Shown here one piece after another: positions 19,414 through 31,446 of a DNA stretch of 64,000 nucleotides. The DNA is taken from the NCBI GenBank assembly GCA_964371245.1, contig CAYJKP010000001.1:571042-635041 (forward strand). Direction: 5' to 3'. The position numbers and the translations under genes are program-made. The notes beneath the pieces are model-generated. The model did no database searches, had not been told where the DNA came from, and was given only the letters and a program-made list of their open reading frames with translations. This DNA comes from an uncultured Gammaproteobacteria bacterium. GTDB lineage: Bacteria; Patescibacteriota; Patescibacteriia; JAHIZJ01. How positions within the stretch are numbered: the first letter of the stretch is position 1; each line of letters starts with the position of its first letter.

Positions 19414-22149
19414 CTATAACTGTTCCGCTTTCTCCACCCGGATCGTGCCGCCCGGCTCGAGCACAGCTACGTCACGACGAGTCAGCTTGCCTTGAAGTAA
19501 ATAATTCGCCAAGGCGTTATCAACCTTATTTTGGATGACGCGCCTGAGCGGCCGAGCGCCGAAAGCAGGATCATACCCTTCTTGGACCAATTCCTGGATC
19601 GCCTCGGGCGTGGCCCGGAGCGTAATCCCCTTTTCGATGAGGCGTTTCTGCACTTCAGCCAAAAGCAAAACCGCGACCTGATATAATTCGCTTTCGCTCA
19701 GCGGCGTGAACACCATGATCCCGTCGAACCGGTTGAGAAACTCAGGCCGGAAATATTTACCCAGTTCTTTATTGACCAGTTCGTCCCGGATCTGGATCGC
19801 CGGCGTTTTTTCCCGGACGCGCTGCTGAATCAGCGGCGTGCCGGCATTCGAGGTGGCGATCAAAATGACATTCGTAAAATCGATTGTCCGACCGAGCGAA
19901 TCTGTCAATCGACCATCATCCATGACCTGCAAGAAAACGTTGAGAATGTCCGGATGGGCTTTTTCTATTTCATCCAGCAGCAGCAAGGCAAACGGCGTCC
20001 GGCGGACCGCTTCCGTCAAATAGCCGCCCTCTTCGCCCTTGGTCATGCCCGGCGGCGCGCCGATCAGACGGTCAATACTTTTGCTCTCCTGATATTCAGA
20101 CATGTCGATACGGATCATCGATTTTTCCGAGCCAAAGTGAGCTTCCGCAACGGTTTTCGCCAGTTCGGTTTTCCCGACACCGGTCGGACCGAGGAACAGC
20201 AAATTGACGATTGGCCGTTTCGCATCCCGCAGCTCGGCCCGAGCGCGACGCAGAGCGGACGCGACCATTTTCACCGCTTCATCCTGGCCGATCAAACGCT
20301 GATGCAAACGTTCTTCCAAATGAAGCAGTTTTTCGCTTTCGCGTTCTGAAACCTGGGTCACCGGCACTTTGACGAGCGCGGAAACAACCTGTGCGACATC
20401 CTCGGCGATCACGACCTTCTTTTTTCCGCGCGTCCGACGGACATAGGAAGCCACTTCTTCCAACAGCTGGATCGCTTTTTCGGGAAAGAAACGCTCATGA
20501 ATATAGCGTTTGGCGTGTTTGACGATTGCCGCAATTGCTTTGTACGAAAAATATACTTTTTGCTGAAACTCAACGGCGCCGACGCGCGCCTCGAGCACGT
20601 GGATCGTCTGGGTCTCATCCATCTCCTCAACCGGTATTTTGAACAGAGTTTCACCCAGCGCTGAGTTTTCAACATAGCGGCGGTATTCGATCGCATTCGA
20701 GGTCGCGATGACGATAAACGCTTTTTTCCGCAAATACTCATCAAATACCTCCGAAAGGTCGAGGCCCTCCCCCCGCTCAGTCGTGATGCCGATCATATTG
20801 TGAATATCAAAGAGACAGAGAATAATATTTCCCGCCTTCACAACCTCGGCAAAAATCCGCATCAGCCGTTCCTCAAGCTCGCCCGGTTTTGTGGCCCCGG
20901 CGACCAGAGCGGCCAGACTGATGCTGACTAAACGCTTGTCTTGGAAAATCGGCGGCACGTCTTCGGTGACCATACGCTGCGCCAATCCTTTGATAATTGT
21001 TTTGCGACCGACGCCCGGCTGCCCGACGAGGACCACCCCGTTATTTCCGGCTTCGACGGTTCGGAAGACGGATTCGATTTCCTGCTCCCGGCCGACGCAG
21101 TATTCGAGGTAGCCGGCCCGGGCCAGCTGCGTCAGGTCCTGGCTGAACCGGTCCAAATACGGCGTCATGACAGCGGTCATCGCCCGGTTCATTTCGTTTT
21201 TTGGCTTGAAACGGGCGCGGGAACGGTACCGCCGGTAATACCGGCCGAGGGTATTCTGGAGTGTCAGCCAGGTGGCGACATTGCGGAGATCGTCCATTTC
21301 AATGCCAACGTCGTAGAGTATTTCCTGAGCCTGTTGGCCGGTTTTTGATAAGGCAATAAACAGGTCGGTTATTTCGACCTGGTCAGCTCGGCGACGGTAG
21401 GCTTCTTCGTACGCCGATAAGAGCAGCTGCTGAAACTCAGTCGACAATGGGGGGTTTAATTTCAGCGGCCGGCCTTTTGAAGCTAGACTGCGCTTTACTT
21501 TATCGGCGATGGTTTTCGGGTTGACACCGAGCCGAGCAAATAACACTTGAATAGCTTCCTCGCGCAAACTCATCGCCAGAAGGTGGAGCGGTTCAACAAG
21601 CGGATGATTACACGAGCTCGCGAAATAGACAGCGCTCTGGACGAGCTGGGCCGAATCCGGATGAAATACGTCGGCAACATTGATCCAATCCTTTTTTGGA
21701 ATTCCTAAAATTCTGTTCTCATCCATTTCAATATACTCAGCCGGCGCTGGCGGCTGATGTTGGATCTTCGTTCGGCGCTGCCGCTCCCAGGAAAAACTGA
21801 ACACCAAATACGCGATCATGACCACCGCGATCCAAAATCCGAGAAATTCCGGTTCACGAGCCGTTGCCAAGTCTTGCCAGTGAATTCCCGCCAGCCAGAG
21901 ATCGCGCAGTCTGAGTGCGCCCATGCCAAGGCCGAGAGCAGCGAAGATGATTACAAGAATTCGAAATACGGTACGCCCGATCCGCGTGACATCGCGAACT
22001 AGGTTGTTTAGTTCATCAACCGGCCGTCCCCAGTAGACAACCCGGCCGTTGAACCAGCCGATTATTTTTTCGCTTTGTGAGTTTCTTTGAGGCTCGCCCG
22101 GCTGAGCGAAATACCTCAGCGGCGGGAAAGTCGTTGATCGTTCGATCAT
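19414..22149 (-). CDS. ClpA/B/C-family AAA+ ATPase with N-terminal TM segments
   Basis: Clp-N repeats; D2 LFLGPTGVGKTELAK, DEIEKAHP, FRPEFLNR, GARPLRR; degenerate D1. Confidence 0.93.
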   Translation of the reverse strand: MIERSTTFPPLRYFAQPGEPQRNSQSEKIIGWFNGRVVYWGRPVDELNNLVRDVTRIGRTVFRILVIIFAALGLGMGALRLRDLWLAGIHWQDLATAREPEFLGFWIAVVMIAYLVFSFSWERQRRTKIQHQPPAPAEYIEMDENRILGIPKKDWINVADVFHPDSAQLVQSAVYFASSCNHPLVEPLHLLAMSLREEAIQVLFARLGVNPKTIADKVKRSLASKGRPLKLNPPLSTEFQQLLLSAYEEAYRRRADQVEITDLFIALSKTGQQAQEILYDVGIEMDDLRNVATWLTLQNTLGRYYRRYRSRARFKPKNEMNRAMTAVMTPYLDRFSQDLTQLARAGYLEYCVGREQEIESVFRTVEAGNNGVVLVGQPGVGRKTIIKGLAQRMVTEDVPPIFQDKRLVSISLAALVAGATKPGELEERLMRIFAEVVKAGNIILCLFDIHNMIGITTERGEGLDLSEVFDEYLRKKAFIVIATSNAIEYRRYVENSALGETLFKIPVEEMDETQTIHVLEARVGAVEFQQKVYFSYKAIAAIVKHAKRYIHERFFPEKAIQLLEEVASYVRRTRGKKKVVIAEDVAQVVSALVKVPVTQVSERESEKLLHLEERLHQRLIGQDEAVKMVASALRRARAELRDAKRPIVNLLFLGPTGVGKTELAKTVAEAHFGSEKSMIRIDMSEYQESKSIDRLIGAPPGMTKGEEGGYLTEAVRRTPFALLLLDEIEKAHPDILNVFLQVMDDGRLTDSLGRTIDFTNVILIATSNAGTPLIQQRVREKTPAIQIRDELVNKELGKYFRPEFLNRFDGIMVFTPLSESELYQVAVLLLAEVQKRLIEKGITLRATPEAIQELVQEGYDPAFGARPLRRVIQNKVDNALANYLLQGKLTRRDVAVLEPGGTIRVEKAEQL

Positions 22150-22511
22150 AATCCGCTGAGATTAGCGACGATAAAATATATTGCCACCGGCAGCCAGCCG
22201 AGCCACAAGATCATCAGGAGCAAAAAGAAAACAAATGACACGGCCATGATAATCATTGACACGCCGAGTTGAAGCAAACGGAAAACAAAGCTGATCATCC
22301 GGCCGCTCTTCGTATAATCGGCATACATGGGCTGGAAAAGGTATTTCAAGAGTATGCCCAGGCCAAGCGCGTGTTCAACGCCGGCCATTTTTCTCAATAC
22401 AAAAGCCGCTGCTTGTTTGGTGCCTTTTGTGTACCACCAGATCGGGAAGTACAAAAAGCTCCAAACAACATCAACGGCAAAGAATTTCAGCGTGGTTAAG
22501 AGAAAACTCAT
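22146..22511 (-). CDS. Conserved small membrane protein coupled to the Clp ATPase
   Basis: FPIWWY motif, 4-nt overlap with next gene. Confidence 0.8.
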   Translation of the reverse strand: MSFLLTTLKFFAVDVVWSFLYFPIWWYTKGTKQAAAFVLRKMAGVEHALGLGILLKYLFQPMYADYTKSGRMISFVFRLLQLGVSMIIMAVSFVFFLLLMILWLGWLPVAIYFIVANLSGL

Positions 22512-22633
22512 ATTTTTGTTTTATAATATAATTATATCACATTTTTTCATTTTTGGCAAATTCCTTACCTCAGAAAAAAGCCCACCGTAGGATAGTGGGT
22601 GCGCCTGGCAGCATGTGCCCATGTTCGGGTGAA

Positions 22634-22870
22634 TTACCCGCGACACGCGGCTTCATGCCGACACGTGTTGTAGTAGCTGATACCGAACCCGACGAACGTG
22701 GCTCCCAGCCACCACAACCAGAACTTCAAGGTGAACCAAATGAACGCTGTGAGAAACTGTTTCTCCACCAGGCCCATGAGCGTACCCAGTCCGATGACCG
22801 GCACCAGGCAGATGCAGGCCATCAAAGCCAGGAGTGCTATGAACCAAGGCACGCACACCAGCATGCTCAT
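22634..22870 (-). CDS. Small hydrophobic hypothetical protein
   Basis: AAGGAGG SD, two TM segments, terminator downstream. Confidence 0.55.
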   Translation of the reverse strand: MSMLVCVPWFIALLALMACICLVPVIGLGTLMGLVEKQFLTAFIWFTLKFWLWWLGATFVGFGISYYNTCRHEAACRG

Positions 22871-22970
22871 GTCCCCCTCCTTCAGTCTCCGGCCGATCGT
22901 GTATCTCAAGGTTGCGAGACCATGCTTTCGCTGATACAGTAGCAACCTGTTCACCCGGCGTCAAGATCCG

Positions 22971-24188
<1,218 letters not shown>

Positions 24189-24190
24189 CT

Positions 24191-26137
24191 CTAATTGCCT
24201 TGCCCGATCACTTTTCCTTTCCCGCGCCCGACCGGGTCGTTGGTTAGGCTGGTACTCTCGCCGTCCTGACTGAGCGAGAGCGAGGCTTCGGTAAACACAT
24301 CCGTGGCCGCAAACGTGGTTTTATCAATCAGCAGAGCATAATCATTCAACTGATTCCGCGTCGGCGTCAGACTGATGCTGAATTCAGCGGTCACCGGTGG
24401 CGTCTCATGACCGATATAGGCCGGGAGCTTATTTATCCGCCAGGTAACTGAACGTGTTTTGGCGTCAAAAGAAAGCGGTTCGCCGGCCGAGACGCTCCCC
24501 TGCCCAACCCAAGCGACAGTGCCGGGCAGCGATGTCTTCACGACGACCGAGGTAATGTCGTTTGACGTGTTCTTGAGCGACCAGAATATCTTAAAGGTCG
24601 TGCTTTGACCGACAACCGGCGGAAACGGCCCGAGACCAATGACCTCGCCGGCGTCATCATAATACCGCGCCACCACTGAGAGCGTTGGCTGGCTATTTAT
24701 GACGGCGCTGATTGGCGTGCCTTGGGCTGAGAGCGGCAGATTTGCTTCCGGTTGGTCGCCAGTCCGCTGGCCGGCAAAATCAACCTGGGCGCGTATTTCA
24801 AAATTCTTTTGGTTGGCCAGCGCCGCCGGTGGCTCGTGATCAAGACTCACTTCAAAGGCTACATTCACCTTATCCCCCGGTTTCAGGGCTTCAAGTTCCG
24901 AAACCGCATCTTTGTTCCATTGGATAACCAGTCCATCACGGCTGGCTTTGTTTGAATTAACAAGCGTTGACCAGTCGATAAACTCTTCGCTGCTGGTCTG
25001 CCCATTGACGAGATACGTGAGCGTCAGTTTTACTACGCCTTGATCGATTTTTACATCGCCGGCGTTATTCAGTCCAACGGAATATGAAAGCGTATCGCCC
25101 CAGTCGACTGCCTGCGTCTGAGTGTCGGCGTTTAAACTGGTCGTTACCTGGAGCTGCGGCGCAATTAGTAAAATGAGGAACGACTGCTCCGCTTGGATAT
25201 TCTCCGAGCCGTCGCTCTGAACCAAGCCAAATTTGAAATCAAGCTGTTTCTGCGTGCCGGTCTCGCCAACGAATTTGCCGGCGAAGCTGATAGTCTTCTT
25301 TGAACCGGCCGCGAGCGTGCCGACTTGCCAGGTGCCGGTAAGGTCAAGCTCGGGGTTTGACGAACTGAGCGTAAAGCCCTCGGGCCAGCGCGGTGTTATT
25401 TTCAGATTGGTCATATCGCGCGTTGAGGTGTTTTGATATGACAGCTCGTAGCCGACCTCCTGCCCAGCGATAACTTCGCGCGAGCCCTTAAATTCGACTT
25501 CCAAGCTGGTTGACGTGATCACAACCTCCCAATCGATATTTTTCTGGAATTCTGAGTTAAAGTTCGCCGGCCGATATGATACGGTGGCTGAAAATTTCCG
25601 GCTTGTGCCGACTTCACCGACGAGCGTCCCGGTGATTTCGAGGGTTTTTTCATCGCCCGGCAAAAGATCCGCTATTTGCCATTGATTGTGATATTCGGCT
25701 GACGTGCCAATATTCGAGCTCGTGTAGGTAAAACCATCAGGATATGTCACATCAACGACCGATTCGGTTAAGGCTACTGCGCCTTGATTGCGATAGCGTA
25801 ATTTCAAGGTAAAGGCATCGCCCGAGACTGCCTGCGTAGCGCCTGTGTAGGAAAAACCGACTTTTTCTTCTTTGAAGGTGTTCCGTCGGTTAAATACAAA
25901 AAAGCCGACGATTGTCGCACACAGCGCCAAAACTAAAAAAACGATGACGCCGGTAATGATGATTTTTCGCCAATTGCGTGTTTTCCGCTCGAGCTTCGTC
26001 AGATCGGGCTTCGTGCCGTCCTCATCAATGAATATTTCCTTCATGAGCCCTTTGGTCTGACCGTCAATATGTTTCGTAAACTGAAACTCGTTTTCCGCCT
26101 CTGGTTCTTTTGATTCTTTCTTTTTTCCTTTGGCCAT
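24191..26137 (-). CDS. Membrane-anchored protein with DUF11/Ig-like repeats
   Basis: Single TM then repeated Y.N.G...P.GFT.SS beta-rich modules. Confidence 0.8.
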   Translation of the reverse strand: MAKGKKKESKEPEAENEFQFTKHIDGQTKGLMKEIFIDEDGTKPDLTKLERKTRNWRKIIITGVIVFLVLALCATIVGFFVFNRRNTFKEEKVGFSYTGATQAVSGDAFTLKLRYRNQGAVALTESVVDVTYPDGFTYTSSNIGTSAEYHNQWQIADLLPGDEKTLEITGTLVGEVGTSRKFSATVSYRPANFNSEFQKNIDWEVVITSTSLEVEFKGSREVIAGQEVGYELSYQNTSTRDMTNLKITPRWPEGFTLSSSNPELDLTGTWQVGTLAAGSKKTISFAGKFVGETGTQKQLDFKFGLVQSDGSENIQAEQSFLILLIAPQLQVTTSLNADTQTQAVDWGDTLSYSVGLNNAGDVKIDQGVVKLTLTYLVNGQTSSEEFIDWSTLVNSNKASRDGLVIQWNKDAVSELEALKPGDKVNVAFEVSLDHEPPAALANQKNFEIRAQVDFAGQRTGDQPEANLPLSAQGTPISAVINSQPTLSVVARYYDDAGEVIGLGPFPPVVGQSTTFKIFWSLKNTSNDITSVVVKTSLPGTVAWVGQGSVSAGEPLSFDAKTRSVTWRINKLPAYIGHETPPVTAEFSISLTPTRNQLNDYALLIDKTTFAATDVFTEASLSLSQDGESTSLTNDPVGRGKGKVIGQGN

Positions 26138-26222
26138 AGTTTGGTATTGTAACATTTTTTGCCGAATTTTGGCAAATGAAAAAGGAGGTAGCTCGAGAGC
26201 TCCCCCGCCAGAAAGCCGCCGT

Positions 26223-26378
26223 TCACGGCCAGACGGAAATGAGCAGCGTGACTGCAATGACTGCCAGGAGACAGAGGCCAAACAGTCGAAGCGCCCGACG
26301 CTGGCCAGCCGTATCCGGACGGCAATCGGTCAGAAGATCGGGTATCTGCCGATCACGCACAGGTATGAATCTCTGCAT
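26223..26378 (-). CDS. Small hypothetical protein with C-terminal TM
   Basis: GGAGG SD, hydrophobic tail, terminator downstream. Confidence 0.4.
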   Translation of the reverse strand: MQRFIPVRDRQIPDLLTDCRPDTAGQRRALRLFGLCLLAVIAVTLLISVWP

Positions 26379-26457
26379 ACGCCCTCCCTGGACTACGCCG
26401 GTACCTGACGATCGCAGAACACGGTGACAAGTGTACTCCTTTTCCAACCCATGTCAA

Positions 26458-27255
26458 CTAGACGGTCGGCTTTCTTCGGAGCAACCACGTCACAAACCGT
26501 TGCGACTGGGGTATATATTCCGTATGATAGGTAACGAATTTATCGGCAAATGTTTTCACCTCGGCAAGTTGATCAACGGTCAGACGTAGTTTGCCGATCG
26601 ACGCGTAAGTCTGGCGCAGAGCGAACCGGAGCGTCCGAATGGCCGCGCCGGATATGGCCTGGTGAGAGCCCAATCGTGCCGACGTTTTTTGGCAGCGCTG
26701 ACAAACGATTCCGCCGAGTGAAAAATAGTACGTGTTTCCGTCGGGCTGAAGTCGTCGCTGGCAGATTACGCAGCGGTGTAAGCTGGGTTGAAAGCCAATC
26801 CGACTCATCAATTTTATGACAAATGCAACCAAGAACAAAAAGCCTCGATAATAATCGCGCTTCTTAGTCACCGCCAACCGCTCAAACTGCTGCCAGGTGG
26901 AATAAGTCAAGTTAAAAATCATCGGATCGCCTTGCCGCACCTGGATAACCCGCTCAAGAAGCTCAGCCGTGTAATCAACCCAGGCCTTTCGGACCAGTGA
27001 TTGCGACAGCGCACTGAAACGGTGGCGCACGGTGCTCGCGGCAACGGTATCGTAATTCTTCCCTTGCGCGATCAATAATTGCGTATGCAAAAAAGGCTCA
27101 AGATGAGCCGCCAGCTTACTCTTTATTTTCGCGGCGCCGCGAGCGATGAGCTCGAGCTTGCCGCGATCAGGCGTCAGAACGACGATCAAGCGGTCAGCCT
27201 CACGAAAAGGTTTCCGGCGCAAGATGAGCGCATCGGTCGAATAGGTTGATGACAT
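26458..27255 (-). CDS. recO: DNA repair protein RecO
   Basis: LILRRKPFREADRL..LTPDRGK..ARGA, two CxxC pairs. Confidence 0.95.
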   Translation of the reverse strand: MSSTYSTDALILRRKPFREADRLIVVLTPDRGKLELIARGAAKIKSKLAAHLEPFLHTQLLIAQGKNYDTVAASTVRHRFSALSQSLVRKAWVDYTAELLERVIQVRQGDPMIFNLTYSTWQQFERLAVTKKRDYYRGFLFLVAFVIKLMSRIGFQPSLHRCVICQRRLQPDGNTYYFSLGGIVCQRCQKTSARLGSHQAISGAAIRTLRFALRQTYASIGKLRLTVDQLAEVKTFADKFVTYHTEYIPQSQRFVTWLLRRKPTV

Positions 27256-30173
27256 TACCGATTTTTTAGTATGCCAACACGGAACGGCGCGTCGTCGTCT
27301 TTTACCTCGCGGTGTGCGAGCCAGGCGTCGTCCGAACTGACGTCAAACGTTATCTGCGTCGTTATTGTTTCTTGCTGAATGCGCTCAAGGCTGTCCGCCA
27401 ACCATTCGCGCACGCCCGTGCCGGCAAAACCGATTTCGATACGATCGTGCCGCGTTAAGCCGAGTTCTTTGCGCATCGCGTTCACCTGTCGGATAACCTC
27501 ACGCGCCAAACCTTGTCTGGCCAAATTATCGTCAATTGTGGTCTTCAAGGCAATGGCGATTCCGCCGGTTTCCTTCATTTGCCAGTCGCTCCCGCTCGGC
27601 AGCGTCAGGTCGCAGCGGACGCCGAGGACGTTTACTTCGCTTTGCAGGATTTCGGTAAGTTCCGGCAACAGTTCCTTGGCCCGGACAACCAGTTCGGCGA
27701 GCGGCTGGCGGACCTTTATTCCCTTCTCGGAGCGGGCCGCGTGCGCGAGTTCGGCGATTTTTCGGACGGTTTCCATCTCCTTTACAAGCGCCGCATCGGC
27801 CAGCTTCGGATTAAACTCCGGCCAGGCTTCGAGATGGACGCTCTCTTTGCTGCCGCCGATTTCACGATAGATTGCCTCGGCATAAAACGGGATAAACGGC
27901 GCGAGCAGTATGGCTAAGCGCTGAATAACATAGCCCAGCACATGACTTACGTTCGTTGCCTCGGCTGCTTTGAAGCGCTCCCGGCTCCGACGAACGTACC
28001 AAGTCGATAAATCGGAAATGAATCCATTGAGGAGACGGCCGGCTTCGATAATATGGTAGCGATCGAGTTCATCGGTGACGGTCTTTTCAAGCTCGGCCAA
28101 CTCGGCCACGATCCAGCGGTCAAGGACGTGTTTTGATTTTGGGCTGGCCGGTATTTTTTGATCAGGTGCCTGATAGAGTTTATAGAAACTGACGACGTTC
28201 CAGAGCACGATGAAATTTTTCTTGACGATCTCGCGGATGCCCTCCGGGTCGAAGCGCTTGTAGTCGCCGGGCCGATTGACCGTATACAAATACCAACGGA
28301 TCGGATCAATGCCGAACTCGTTGATCGCCTGCCAGGGATCGACGACATTGCCGATGTGCTTGCTCATTTTTACGCCCTTGGCATCGAGCACGTGGCCGAG
28401 GCAAATGACGTTTTTATACGGCGGCTGGTCATAGCCGAGCGCGGTGAAGATCGCCAGCAGCGTGTAAAACCAGCCGCGCGTCTGGTCGATGGCTTCAGCA
28501 ATATACTCGCCCGGGAAACTCAGGCCTTTTTCAATCCGCTCTTTGTTCTCGAACGGATAATGCCATTGCGCGAACGGCATGGAGCCGGAATCAAACCACG
28601 TGTCGGCCACTTCCGGTATCCGCCTCATTCGGCCGTCGCAGTCGCACCGCCAATTCAACGCGTCAACAAACGGCCGATGCGGATCAAATGAGTCTGAAAC
28701 GACGTTTTTATCGCCTGTCTTATCGGCTAATTCTTGATAGCTGCCAATACACTCCCGTTTGCCACAACGGTCGCATTCCCAGATCGGGATCGGCGTACCC
28801 CAATAGCGTTCGCGCGAAATCGCCCAGTCTTTGATCTCGTTCAGCCACTCGCCAAACCGGCCGTACTTGATGTATTCCGGCACCCAGGTAATCTGCTCGT
28901 TGTTTTTCAAAAGCTGTTCGCGCAATTTTGACATGGCAATGAACCAGGAATCCTTGGCGTAGTACAAAAGCGGGCTGTGGCAGCGCCAGCAAAACGGGTA
29001 GTCGTGCTCATACGGCTCTTCTTTAAATAAGAGGTTTCTTTCCTTTAATGAATCAATAATCGCCTGGCTCGTTTTTTCATCCTTCACGTATTGGCCGGCA
29101 AATTCTTTCACGTCTTTCGTAAAATGCCCGTCCGTCGTAACCGTGTGATGTTTGGGTAATCCAACCACCGAGCCCAGCTGGTAATCGTCTTCACCGTACA
29201 TGACCGCAGTGTGAACTACGCCCGTGCCTTCATCGGTAGTGACAAAATCAGCCGCGTAGACTTTAAATGCGTTTTCATATCCCTTTGTATCCTTCGGAAT
29301 CGCCCCAGGAAAAAGCGGTTCATATTCTAGCCCAACAAGATCAGTGCCCTTGATGGTTTCAAACCCATCCATCTTCCCAAGCAAATGTTCGGCTAATGAT
29401 CCTGCCACAATAACCCTTTCACGAGCATGGGTCTCGACAATATAATATTCAACATCTTCGCTGATTGCCAGTGCCACATTTCCTGGCAATGTCCAAGGTG
29501 TTGTCGTCCATGAAAGTATGTAATCGCCTTTCTTAACTTGTCCTTTGTCACTTGTAACTTTAAACTTTACAAAAACCGAGTTCTCGGTAACTTTTTGGTA
29601 ACCTTGCGCGACTTCATGCGATGAGAGCGCGGTTTCGCAGCGCGGACAGTGCGGCACGACCTTGTAATCCTTTGTGAGCAGCTTTTTCTCCCAGAGCTGT
29701 TTGAAAATCCACCAGAGCGATTCGATGTATGGTTTTTCGTACGTAATATAGGGGTGTTCCAAATCAAGCCAATAGCCGATGCGTTCAGTCATCTTTTCCC
29801 ATTCGGCCTTGTATTTCCAGACGCTTTTTCTACATTCATTATTAAATTTTTCGATACCGTAATCCTCAATATCGCGCTTGCCCGAGACGCCGATCTGCTT
29901 TTCGACCTCGAGCTCCACCGGCAGGCCCTGGGTGTCCCAGCCGGCTTTCCGCTCGACGAAAAACCCGCGCATTGTTTTGTAGCGACAGACCACATCCTTG
30001 AATATCCGGGCGAGGACGTGGCCGATGTGCGGCAGGCCGTTGGCCGTCGGCGGGCCTTCGAAAAAAACAAAACGCTTCCCTTTGGCCGTCTGGGTAAGGG
30101 TTTTTTGGAAAACATTGTTTTTCTTCCAGTCAGCGAGAATCGCTTGTTCCAGCTCTGGAAACTTTGGGATCAT
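27255..30173 (-). CDS. ileS: Isoleucine--tRNA ligase (IleRS2 type)
   Basis: FFEGPPTANGLPHIGH, WTTTPWTLP, DQTRGWF, KMSKH; no C-terminal Zn finger. Confidence 0.97.
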   Translation of the reverse strand: MIPKFPELEQAILADWKKNNVFQKTLTQTAKGKRFVFFEGPPTANGLPHIGHVLARIFKDVVCRYKTMRGFFVERKAGWDTQGLPVELEVEKQIGVSGKRDIEDYGIEKFNNECRKSVWKYKAEWEKMTERIGYWLDLEHPYITYEKPYIESLWWIFKQLWEKKLLTKDYKVVPHCPRCETALSSHEVAQGYQKVTENSVFVKFKVTSDKGQVKKGDYILSWTTTPWTLPGNVALAISEDVEYYIVETHARERVIVAGSLAEHLLGKMDGFETIKGTDLVGLEYEPLFPGAIPKDTKGYENAFKVYAADFVTTDEGTGVVHTAVMYGEDDYQLGSVVGLPKHHTVTTDGHFTKDVKEFAGQYVKDEKTSQAIIDSLKERNLLFKEEPYEHDYPFCWRCHSPLLYYAKDSWFIAMSKLREQLLKNNEQITWVPEYIKYGRFGEWLNEIKDWAISRERYWGTPIPIWECDRCGKRECIGSYQELADKTGDKNVVSDSFDPHRPFVDALNWRCDCDGRMRRIPEVADTWFDSGSMPFAQWHYPFENKERIEKGLSFPGEYIAEAIDQTRGWFYTLLAIFTALGYDQPPYKNVICLGHVLDAKGVKMSKHIGNVVDPWQAINEFGIDPIRWYLYTVNRPGDYKRFDPEGIREIVKKNFIVLWNVVSFYKLYQAPDQKIPASPKSKHVLDRWIVAELAELEKTVTDELDRYHIIEAGRLLNGFISDLSTWYVRRSRERFKAAEATNVSHVLGYVIQRLAILLAPFIPFYAEAIYREIGGSKESVHLEAWPEFNPKLADAALVKEMETVRKIAELAHAARSEKGIKVRQPLAELVVRAKELLPELTEILQSEVNVLGVRCDLTLPSGSDWQMKETGGIAIALKTTIDDNLARQGLAREVIRQVNAMRKELGLTRHDRIEIGFAGTGVREWLADSLERIQQETITTQITFDVSSDDAWLAHREVKDDDAPFRVGILKNR

Positions 30174-30261
30174 GGTATCACTGTTGCCTTCAGAATAAAA
30201 AAACTGCGCCCCCCTATTATAGGAAAAAACGCGTCTGCTGGCAAGCCTCTCGATATGTTTG

Positions 30262-30642
30262 TTAGGCCAGCGCTTTTTCTATTTCTTCGATTATCCTTGC
30301 CAGAGAAACTTGCGTCTTGATAAAGTAATCCAACGCGCCCAAGCGCAACGCCTCATTCTTTATCTTTTCGTCGTCAACATTGCTCAGCATGATAACTTTT
30401 GTCGCCTTCGTGCCTGGCTTCGCGCGCAAGGCCCTGAGCACGTCGACGCCGCTCAGTCCGGGCAGTATGCAATCGAGCAGTACAATATCCGGTTTAACCT
30501 TCTGAATCCGTTGGAGTCCAAGTACGCCGTCAATCTCTATTTGAACCTTGTAGCCGCTCTTCTCGAGCTTTTCATGCAGAGTCTTGGCTAAAGTCCGCTC
30601 GTCTTCAAGCACAATAACTGAGGGGCGGGTTCGAGAAGCCAT
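30262..30642 (-). CDS. Single-domain response regulator
   Basis: VLEDE, PDIVLLDCILP receiver motifs. Confidence 0.9.
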   Translation of the reverse strand: MASRTRPSVIVLEDERTLAKTLHEKLEKSGYKVQIEIDGVLGLQRIQKVKPDIVLLDCILPGLSGVDVLRALRAKPGTKATKVIMLSNVDDEKIKNEALRLGALDYFIKTQVSLARIIEEIEKALA

Positions 30643-30645
30643 ATC

Positions 30646-31038
30646 TTACGAAGTGAGTGATAAAATTTCGACGATTTTCTGAACTACCTGATCGAGTTTA
30701 ACGTCAGTTTTCACAAAATACGCGATCGCACCGAGTGATTTTGCTTTTTCAAAATTTGTCGCGCCGGCAAGATTTGAGAATACGATCACGGGGATATGGC
30801 TGGTTTCTTGATTCGCTTTTATCTTCTCGAGGAATTCAAACCCGTGCATGCGCGGCAAAATAAGATCGAGCAAAACGAGATCGGGTCTCTCGGCCTCGGC
30901 AACAGCTAAACCCTCGCTCCCATCAAACGCCTTCAGGATCTCAACATCGTCTCTCTTCAAATGATCGGCAACGGCTTGTAGCACATCCGGTTCGTCTTCG
31001 ACCAGGAGTATTTTTCGCTTAGTTTCGGCCATGATCAT
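30646..31038 (-). CDS. Single-domain response regulator
   Basis: ILLVEDE, PDLVLLDLILPRMHG. Confidence 0.93.
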   Translation of the reverse strand: MIMAETKRKILLVEDEPDVLQAVADHLKRDDVEILKAFDGSEGLAVAEAERPDLVLLDLILPRMHGFEFLEKIKANQETSHIPVIVFSNLAGATNFEKAKSLGAIAYFVKTDVKLDQVVQKIVEILSLTS

Positions 31039-31131
31039 TCTTTATTGATACCAAATATAGTTTACCACTTCGGTCAGCGCAGAGCAATAACACGCCCATC
31101 GAACACACTGCGGCCTGTCTATCACAAATCG

Positions 31132-31365
31132 TTAATCAAGATAGATGCGAAATTTTTTTACCCGGCTTGCTTCGCCCGAAACGAGCGCGATCGCAGATTT
31201 TGGTACATCAAAATGTTCGGCCAGCAATTCAACCACCGCTTCGTTCGCCTTCCCCTTTTCCGGCGCGGCGGTGACATGGGCCGCGAACCGATCGTCTTTT
31301 TCGACGAGAGAATTACGTTTTGCTTTGGGCGTAACTTTTACAATCTTAACCACTGGTCTTGACAT
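31132..31365 (-). CDS. DUF167/YggU family protein
   Basis: VKVTPKAK, APEKGKANEAVV, GEASRVK. Confidence 0.9.
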   Translation of the reverse strand: MSRPVVKIVKVTPKAKRNSLVEKDDRFAAHVTAAPEKGKANEAVVELLAEHFDVPKSAIALVSGEASRVKKFRIYLD

Positions 31366-31446
31366 CGCTTGGTTTTTATGCTAAATTTTTCAGTCAGTGT
31401 CTCTGGTCCTCGAATCACTCTACCACACGGAACGGAGGTTTTGAAT

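Noticed and set aside
30174-30261. T-box or attenuator upstream of ileS (also checked glyS, argS, metG)
   Set aside because: Leaders are too short and lack the T-box consensus or a uORF with alternative hairpins.
30262-31038. Two response regulators without a kinase
   Set aside because: Orphan single-domain receivers are common in CPR; the kinase may lie outside the window.
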